Source: the human T2T-CHM13v2.0 reference genome, Homo sapiens
Direction: 5' to 3' (one strand)
NCBI RefSeq assembly: GCF_009914755.1
Contig: NC_060941.1
Length of the DNA stretch: 64,000 bases
Part shown: positions 54,695-64,000 of the stretch, one piece after another
Layout: every line of letters begins with the position of its first letter
Position numbering within the stretch: the first letter of the stretch is position 1
Made by a program: the position numbers and the translations under genes
The notes under the pieces: generated by a model
Told to the model about the DNA's origin: nothing
Databases searched by the model: none
What the model saw: only the letters and a program-made list of their open reading frames with translations

Positions 54695-54996
54695 GGCTGG
54701 ATGCAGTGGCTTACACCTGTAATTCCAGGACTTTGGGAGGTCAAGGCGGGTGGATCACTTGAGGTCAGGAGTTCGAGACCAGCCTGGCCAATGTAGTAAA
54801 ACCCTGTCTCCACTAAAAATACAAAAATTAGCCAGGCATGGTGGCCGGTGCCTATAGTCCCAGCTACTCAGGAGGCTGAGGCATGAGAATCGCTTGAACC
54901 CAGGAGGCAGAGGTTGCAGTGAGCTGAGATTGCACCACTGCACTCTAGCCTGGGTGACAGAGCGAGACTCTATCTCAAAACAAACAAACAAAAAAC
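54695..54996 (+). mobile_element. Alu (AluS-type) flanked by ~68-bp direct repeats
   Basis: Alu consensus with (AAAC)n tail; flanking repeat at about 54626-54694 and 54997-55064. Confidence 0.92.
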
Positions 54997-55524
54997 AAAC
55001 CCAAACAGATTCTAGAGGGACCACAAGGCACCTCAATGACTCTAAACTATCAAAAAAGTAATAAGCCTGTGTGAATCTTTTAGCAGTTGCCAGTGATAGT
55101 CGTCCTCATTTGCCCAAAGAAACTTCCCAGGATCTGAATGGCAAGCATTTATTATTTTTAGCCCCTCTCTTAACTCTAATTGGAACAGTCTAGTCTAAAG
55201 ACATCTCCGAGAAATGAGGAGTTGAAAACCATATACTCACACTCATGACATCATCACGATTTAGCCTTCTCAAGGTTTCTTGACCAACATGGGTCTCATT
55301 GGGTCTCACTTGAGATATGAAAGGTTGTAAAAATATTTCCCCCATTTTCTGAATGAGGAGTGGCTTCCCTGACCTCTACTCTGCAGCCTGGGCCAGGCTT
55401 CTCGGTGATGTGCTGTCGGAAACTCAGGACTCTTTCTAAGCCCTTTCCTCAGTCGTCACTGAATACCTATGGAACCAGAAAGCTTCAGAAGGGCAGAGAC
55501 CATGTCTGTCCTGTTCTCCTCTTG

Positions 55525-55840
55525 TATTATTGATTATTGCTCTAACAGAGATATGCCCAAATGTATAATGCCTTAAACATAGTAGGAGTTCATTTCCTGC
55601 TCATGTAACAGTCCAAATGGGTGGCCCTCTCAACGGACACCTGTGTTCCACAGAGTGATTCAGGGACCCAGGCTTCCTTCATCCCATGGCAGGTTGGGAG
55701 GGAGTGGAGATGGAGGGCCACCCCCACTGCTCTTGAGCCTTGTCCAGGAGTGGCTCACGTCACTTCAGTTCACATTCCATTGGACAACTGGGTCACAGGC
55801 CACCTCAAACTGCAAGGGAAGCTGGGAAATACAGTGTAGC
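55525..55840 (-). mobile_element. Old MLT1 (J/K-like) LTR fragment
   Basis: ATTCAGGGACCCAGGCTTCCTTC...CACATTCCATTGG...AACTGCAAGGGAAGCTGGGAAAT. Confidence 0.6.
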
Positions 55841-56369
55841 CGTGTGCACCGTAAGAAAAGGAAACAGGTTCTAGCAAGCAGACACTCTGCTACATCTCTG
55901 AGTCCCCAGCACCTCACACACAGCAGGTGCTCAATAAATGTAAGTTCAATGAAGGAACTGAAGGTCACAGTGGCTTACGAGGGTCTCATGGAGAGCCACT
56001 AGCAGGCCAGGAAGCTAGGGCTCCCTGAGAAAGCCTGAACCAGCCCAGACTGCCTCTCCACGCCTGGAGTTTCGCTCAGGAACCCATGGAGAGGTTTCCC
56101 AACAGCCTGGCTTGCTGAAGCTGGAAAGAGGCCAGCCCGTAGGAGACCAGAGTGTGCCAATTAGGAAATCACAGTTATTAGGGGGTTTCTTTGGCACTCG
56201 GTGTGGAAGTGGAGGAATTAAGAAGGGGACCTCTAAGGGAGAATTGCGGGGAGCAGGGGGCAGGGCTGGGCAAAGAGCTGAGGCATGGGGAATCAAGGAG
56301 CCTCGAGTTTGTCAGCAGCAGCTTGGAGCACTGGCTGGTGGGCCTGACCGGTGCCTCTGCTCCAAATCC

Positions 56370-57107
56370 TGGGTTATGGGTTAAATTGCACCCTACCCCA
56401 TCCCCACCGAAAATTCTTATGTTGAAGTCCTAACCCCAGTACTTCAGAATGTGACCTGATTTGGAGACAGGCTCTTTACAGAGGTAATCAAGTTCAAATG
56501 AGGCCTTTTGAGGCCGAGGTGGGTGGATCATTTGAGGTCAGGAGTTCGACACCAGCCTGGCCAACATGGTGAAACCCCATCTCTACTAAAAATAACAAAA
56601 CTTAGCCAGGCATGGTGGCACATGCCTTTAATCCCAGCTACTCAGAAGGCTAAGGCAGGAGAATCACTTGAACCCTGGAGGTGGAAGTTGCAGTGAGCCG
56701 AGATCGCGCCACTTCACTCCAGCCTGGGTGACAGGGTGAGACCCTGTCTCAAAAAGAAAAAAATGAGGCCTTTAGAGTGGGGCCTAATCCAGTATGACTG
56801 GGGCCCTTATGAAAAGGGGAACTTTGGACATAGACACATGCACACAGAGAGAATATGATATGAAGAGAAGGCAGAGATGGGGTTGATGCTTCTACAAGCC
56901 AAGGAACGCCAGAGATCACCAGCAAACACCAGAAGCAAGGCAGAGTCATGGAAGAGCTTTCTCCCTCACAGCCCTCAGGAGGAACCAACCCCATCAACAC
57001 CTTGATCTTGGGACTTCAAGCCTGCAGAACTGTAAGGCAATAACTTTCTGTCATGGAACCCCCCAGTGTATGATACTTCGTTAAAGTAACCCCAGAAAAC
57101 TAATGCA
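56370..57107 (+). mobile_element. MLT1C-like solo LTR interrupted by a 5'-truncated Alu (about 56509-56760)
   Basis: MLT1C segments on both sides; the Alu is flanked by TSD AAATGAGGCCTTT (56496, 56761). Confidence 0.85.
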
Positions 57108-57340
57108 CCCTGCCTCTCAGTGCTGGAATGATCTTGGCCAAGTCACTTCCATCCTGGCCTCCAGTCCCTCTTCTGAAACCACGTCCAAGGATAGGAGCCA
57201 GTGTCTCCCCAAACCAAGAACATCGCTTATCATTGCTCTGGGCTGCATTTCTTGGTTTTACATCTCCTTGCTGCTCCTATCCCATGCAGCTTCCTTTAAG
57301 AAGGGTACCTCCCTGGGCCTTCCAACCTGAAGTCACGCCC

Positions 57341-57716
57341 TCCCTTAATCCATTCAGGCTGCTAACAAACTACAAAATATAGTGTATCTGTAGTATATAA
57401 CAAAATACTATAAATTGGGTGGCTTACAATACAACAGAAATTTATTTCTCACAGTTCTGGAGGCTGCGAAGTCCAAGATCAAGGCGCCAGCAGATTTGGT
57501 GTCTGGTGAGGGTGGCTTCCTGGTTTATAGACGGTGCCTTCTTGCTGTGTTCTCATGTAGTTGAAGGGACAAACAAGCTCTCCAGAGTCTCTTTTAAAAG
57601 GACTCTAATCACATTTGTGAGAGCTCCACTAATCACCTCCTAACATCATCACCTCAGGGTTAGGAGTTCAGCATATGAATTTGGGGGTAGAGGACACAAA
57701 TATTCAGACTACTGCA
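57341..57716 (-). mobile_element. MLT1A0-like MaLR solo LTR
   Basis: AACAGAAATTTATTTCTCACAGTTCTGGAGGCTG...GTCCAAGATCAAGGCGCCAGCAGATTTGGTGTCTGGTGAGGG...GAATTTGGGGG. Confidence 0.82.
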
Positions 57717-59334
57717 TCCCCACCGTGGAGACTGTACAATAAACTCCCATGTCCTCTGCCCACCATGCAAGACCCCACCCCCATCCCAGCTCCTTCTTCC
57801 TCTACCTCCCCCATCACTGCTACCCAACCATGCCAGGACAGCTGTGGTTTGGGAACCTTCACACCTTTGCCCCGACTGCCCCCTTTGTTTGCACCAGACA
57901 CAGTGGTGCCTTCTCTGCACACATCAGCCCTTCTCAAAAATCCTAACCTTGCTCCCCAGCCAAGCTCTGCCTTTGTCCCCATGCCTACCCTCCCTGACTA
58001 CTCGCTGTCCCAGTGGTGTGGGGCCCTGGGTTGCCATCCCCGCTGCTTCAGCATCTCTGCCTGCTAGTGAAGGATTAACACAGCCTGAAGCATCAGCCAA
58101 TACCCTCAGCCCCAGAGTCTAATCCTAAGGAGTGTTGGGGACATGTGCTTCCCCATCATGCTGAAGCCACACAGAACGTCTTGGAGCTCTGTGTTCTTCT
58201 GCCTCCTTGGTGTACGAAGTAGGGGCACAGACTCTGAAGCCAGGCAGCCTGGGTTCAGATCCCAGTTAGGGCACTTAGTAACAAAGGGTGTTAGCCTGTC
58301 TACCATATAGGGTTAGCATGAAGATTAAGTTAATAAATGTCAGGTGTTCAAAATAGTGCCTGATACATCATAGGTGCTAAGTACAGTAAATATTTGCTGT
58401 CACTCTTATCATGAGGACAGAGCTCTTTCATGCCCCCATCACCTATCAGCCCAGCTAAAGTCCTGTTACCCCTCAGTTCCCCACCTCCTCCATGAAGTCC
58501 CAGGCAGGTCATTTCCGGGATGGTCTGCAGCCTCCTGGAAACATAGAGCCCTCCAGTCTTTCTAGGCTGTTCCCTTCCTTCCTGTGGAAATGGGGTGGTG
58601 TGGGAGAGGGCCAGGTCCTGAGTAGTTCTGGGAAAACCTTGAGGAGAAGTAGTGATGGCAGATGATTGGCAGGAGGACAGAGAGACACAGGCATGCTCTG
58701 AGCTCCTGCAGTGTGCCCCTTTCTGAGACACAGACATGGTCCATTTGGCCCTTGGACCAGGGCTGTTACCTGAGTACAGCTACCCCCTTTCACAGCATAC
58801 AGTCCAGGGAAACCTCTCCAATTTGGAGTAGTTGGGAGATGGCCACTTTAAATTATGGTAAAGTTCGCATTGCTGGCTCTCTAGAACAATACATGTTGTT
58901 TGATTATTTTGCAGTTCCTAAGTTAATTCAACCAAAATTGCCTGGACGCTTGGCCCAGATGTGGTCTTCACCCTCACCGCCTTCTCTGGTCTGTGTGGCC
59001 TCAGTAGGTGTTTCTTGCTGGTCCCTGGACTGAGTCTGGGGTTCTTTCCCTCTCCTCTTCTAGTGTTGCCTGGAGAGAGTGGGGATCATGGAGGATGGTC
59101 TGAAATCACGTATGTGAGCAGCCCCCGCAGGGGTGTGTGTTCCTGGAAGTGGACTCCACACCTTCATCATCTCAGCTTTGAGCTCAGCCACAATTTTAGG
59201 ACAAGAGTCCACAGCCTAACACGCCTCAGACCCCTTCCCCTGTCTTCACTCATGGCGCCACCTAAAATGATGCTGATATTCATTTATTTTATCTTCTTGT
59301 GTCAACAGCCCGCCTTGCCCTGCTCCACCAGAAT

Positions 59335-59460
59335 GAGAGCTCCGTGAGGGCCAGGACTCCGTCTTACTCAGACTGGCAGCCCCAGCACTTAGAACATTGC
59401 TATGGGCTCTGTAAAATGCTCTTGAGGAATGAATGAATGAATGAATGAATGAATGAATGA
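59335..59460. mobile_element. L2-like 3' end with (GAAT)n tail
   Basis: GAATGAGAGCTCCGTGAGGGC...CCCAGCACTTAGAACA... followed by (GAAT)n. Confidence 0.6.
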
Positions 59461-61328
59461 GTGAGATGAGTAAACAGTGACAATACTGTCGAGCAATGAA
59501 TGATTGAGTGATGAGCAAACGGTGAAAGTCTGTTGAGAATGAATGAGTGATGCATGAGTGAACAGGAAAGGTCCCACTCAGTATCATCTTCTACTTGCCC
59601 TCTTTCCTTCTCTTTCCTTTTTATGCACAGTCGTCCCCTCCTAGATCCTAAAGGGGAGTTGTGCTGCTGGGCCGCCTTCTCCCTGGCTTCCACAGCCCCA
59701 GCCAATCCGAGGCTGCCTTCTTTCCCAGGGCCTGGAGACTCCCAATACCCCGCTCTTCATCACCTGACAGCTGTTTCCTTGAAGCTAACCCAGTGCACCT
59801 GGTGGCTATCTGGTTTCTCTTCCTTTTCTGTCTTGGGGAGAAAAACCAGCTGGGCCTCACCTCCTGTAGAGCCCCAGCCCTGCTTCTATAGAGGATTCTT
59901 GGAAAGGCTGCATTGGGGCGGTGTGGGAGGAGCACTGGACAAGGAATCAAGAGGCTGGATTCCAGGGTGCCCTGTGCAGGGGACCAGGTGTTCCCTGAGC
60001 CTCACTTTCCTCTTCTGTCAAATGGAGCAGAGAAGACTTTGTTTTACATTAGGGTAGAATGCCTGATCGTTCTGCTGTGAGCCTTGTGGAAGCAGGTCTT
60101 TCAGCATCTCTAAGCCTCTTTCTCCATCTTCAAAGGAGCATTATTGCAGAGATGAAATGGGCTGAAGCATGCAACACGCCCAGCCTTCATCATAGCTTGA
60201 GCCCAGGGCTGGCATGCAGGGGGTGTATCTTGGGTGGCCATCCTAGGGACCAGGCATCGGGGAGGGGAGAGCCAATGCAAGGATGTCCTGGGCTGATGAT
60301 CACCTGGCTTGGTCCTGCTGGGACCCACCCCTTCAGAAGCAGTGTAGAAAGGACTTCAGAACTGCCCACCAAGGGACAGCGTTTGGGGACCTTTATCCAC
60401 CAGCTCCCATCCCGTCCTCCACTGTTCAAAGGTTTCCCCCAGGGTGGTTAATCCCTCAAACTTCCAGTTGCACGTGCGCGAGTGCAGAGTCGTTCCCTCA
60501 GGCAACCTACTCAGTGCTGTGGGCAGAAAGCAAGAAGTAACTGGTGCAGCTGAATTGAGGTGTCAGCAGGCTCCACCTGCACAGAGCTGGTCGCTCGCGG
60601 CAGCCATGTGTGGCTGGGGTAAAAGATAGGCCAAGAGGTACGAGGTGGACAGAAGGGTGACCATACACCCTCAGTAGGTGCCTGTGGCAGCTGTGAATGT
60701 GAGGATCAAATGAGGTCATGCTTTTGAAAATGCATTGCAAATGACAAAGGATTATATGAATGAGCACCATCAGCAAGTTGCCCTCTGACATGCTTTTCTC
60801 CAGGATTCCCTTAATGACGATGGCCTCAGGTGGCCCATATGGAGGCTTAGTGCCCCTGAAATGGCTCACAGGGTGACCAGCTCACCCCGTTTGCCTGGAC
60901 TCTTCCAATGTTCCTATGTCCCTGGAACCCATCGGGTCCTGGGGGTTGGCCATTCAACTGTACTTGGGGATATGACCCCAAGGCATGACCTTCACGGAGG
61001 TCATGGAAGGAGAGGCTCAAATGCTGCCCACACACCCTCTGGCCCCCAGGGTTCACACCTCGCTTCCCAGCTCCCATGTCCAAGTGCATCTGCTGTCATT
61101 TCAGACACACCACCTCATTTTCACTCGGAGTCAAAGAATCTGGTCTCTTTTCTTAGTTTTATTGGTTCATTTTCAGATACTGTAGGAAATTCAGAAAACA
61201 CAGAGGAATGTAAAGAAGAAAAATGTAACTTGCTCATTACTCTATCGCTCAGAAATAAAACACTGGACACATGTGGGGATATTTCTTTCCAGATGCTTCC
61301 TGTGCCCATAGAAATATACTTTTAATGA

Positions 61329-61620
<292 letters not shown>

Positions 61621-62460
61621 AGAAATATTCTTTTAATGAAAGTGTCCCCTGATATGTGCAGATGAAGGGATATACACGTGTGCAGACGAGCCTGTACCTG
61701 CTCATGAAGGGGCATGCACACCTGTGCACACACCCCGTGCCTGTTATTTACAAAATAGTCATAGAATCTTCAAGCAGGACCGTCTCCCTCTGGTCCAATT
61801 CCTAGGTTTTCTAGATGAAGAAGTAACTTGCCTGAGGCCGAGTGACTAACAAAGTCTCCCGCTAGTGGTCTCCTGGCCCTCAGGAAGGTGAGGGCCACAG
61901 TGTCTCTGGGAGCACAGCCCAGCGACCCCTGTCTCCACCTCGCGACCTCAGCATTCCTGCAGCCCAGCCAGCCAGGATCTCACAATTAGCCACCCTAAAT
62001 ATCACTTAATAGATAGCACAGCAAATGGCCCATGTATGGAGAGCGAACACATGTGAAGTGGATTGAAAATGGCTTTCTTTCTTACTCCTTGCATCAGCTA
62101 TTCATTTTCTCCTTACTAAATGCCCTAGGCCAGCGCTAACGAAATTAAATTTGACAGGGATAAATGTGAAGTCCTTAGCGCCAAGCATTCTACTCCACAA
62201 AAACAGATTCGGGGGAGGTGAGGCAACTTTTGTGAAAAAAAAATCCTAGGAGACCGAGTCAACAGCGATACCCAGTCCCATTAACAGAAGCATGGAGTCC
62301 AGAGAAGAGAAGAAAGTGCCAATGTGGTTTGAGCTGGTCAGACCCAGCCTGAACGTTGGGTTTGGTGGTGGAGCTGTGCCTCCAGGCACCAAGAGTTGGG
62401 AACAAGCCCAGAGGAGGGAGCCAGGGAGAAGGCACTTGAAACCGCCAGTAAAAAAATGGT

Positions 62461-62798
<338 letters not shown>

Positions 62799-62904
62799 TT
62801 AGGATGTTTAGGGGAAATATCCCAGATTCTTGGCTCTAGGGACAGAGAACAATCTCATTCACTCTCCACGGGGCTGAAGACAGCTTGTGCCCTTCTCCAC
62901 CGCC

Positions 62905-63410
62905 TCGTTAGTAATAGCTGGAAACAACAGGTGTCCCTCCGTGGGTGAAAGATGAAACAAACAATGCAGCATCCATGCCGCAGAATTCCGCTCAGAAATA
63001 ACACGGAGCAAACTACCGATACGCATGACAGCTTGGATGAATCCTTAGGGGGTTAGGCTGAGTGAGAACAGCCGGTCCCCAAAGCTTACATGCTGTATCA
63101 TTCCATTTGTAGGAGAGTCTCAAAATGACAAAACTATTGACATGGAGAACATGTTCCTGGATGCCTTGGGTCAGGGAGGGGACGGGCAGGAGGGCTTGGG
63201 TGGGGCTGTGCGAGGGCAGCGTGGGGACTCCTTGCAGTGACCAAGTGTTCTGTATCCTGACTGTCAATGTCAGCGTCCTGGTTGTGATATTGCACTACAG
63301 TTTTGCACGATGTTGTCATGGGGAGAAGCTGAGTATAAAGGGTAGGTGTTCCAGTATTATTTCTTACAACTGCATGTGACTCTACAATTATTTCAAGACA
63401 AGTGTAATTT
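62905..63410 (+). mobile_element. Old L1M (MC/MD-like) 3'-UTR fragment
   Basis: AATAGCTGGAAACAAC...TGGATGAATC...ATTCCATTTGTA...CAAAATGACAAAACT...TTTCTTACAACTGCATGTGACTCTACAATTATTTC. Confidence 0.75.
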
Positions 63411-64000
63411 TTTTTAAGATGGGCAGAACCCCACGCGTATATACGTGGAAGGGTGTGCCCACGAAGGAGCATCTGAGAAGACACACGGTGGACTTAGCAG
63501 CCTGCCGCTGCAGAGCAAATCGGGAAAGAGGGACTCCTTTTTCTTTTTCAACCTCTTATTGCCACTGGTCCCACCATGCATGTGTGACTTGGTGATTTTG
63601 CTTAGACCTATGAAGTAGCCCAAAAAAAGGTGTGTGGGGAAGGGGAGGAACAGCAAAGAGCTTGGTCTCACCCACCCACAGCTGGCAAAATGCCTACTCC
63701 AGGTCTCCAGGAACATTCTGAGCCTGCCATGGGAGAGCCAGGAGTGAGAGGGGATGTAGCCGGCCCACTCTGGCCTTTGTGTCCCCACCCCACCACCCTG
63801 AGGCCAGCCTGTCTTGGAGTTCCTTCCTCTTGCTCACAAACCCTCATGGTTCTCCACCAATTCAGCCACTCATGAAGGAGCGAGGGTGGGTCATTTCTAG
63901 ATCCAACAGCAGCAACCCCCCAACTCTGAGCCACCACCATGGGCCCGGAATCACCCTAAGTGCCTTTCAAGTATGACGTGGTGTAATTCTCCTAAGATCC

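Overview
This window is primate, almost certainly human, genomic DNA: it is rich in Alu, MaLR and MIR repeats and carries a human-specific AluYb8 fragment. It covers about 12 kb of upstream sequence, the CpG-island promoter and first coding exon of CACNG4 (calcium channel gamma-4 subunit / AMPA-receptor auxiliary subunit TARP gamma-4; ATG at 12707, splice donor after 12926), and about 51 kb of intron 1. I could not find exon 2 in the window. The exon 1 segment is the only protein-coding sequence I can support. The other ORFs in the track fall in repeats, low-complexity or GC-rich DNA, or resemble nothing I recognise. I see no evidence of a novel multi-gene system. The most interesting local signals are: an out-of-frame uORF overlapping the CACNG4 start codon; an 85-bp Z-DNA-prone compound repeat just after the donor; a ~118-bp locally templated insertion inside an MLT1 LTR; an Alu flanked by a ~68-bp direct repeat; an antisense LTR12 solo LTR nested in an AluJ; a truncated AluYb8 nested in an older Alu; several close inverted repeat pairs; and a candidate 25-nt frameshifting micro-exon. 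Repeat subfamily calls are by eye from remembered consensus features and need RepeatMasker/Dfam confirmation.
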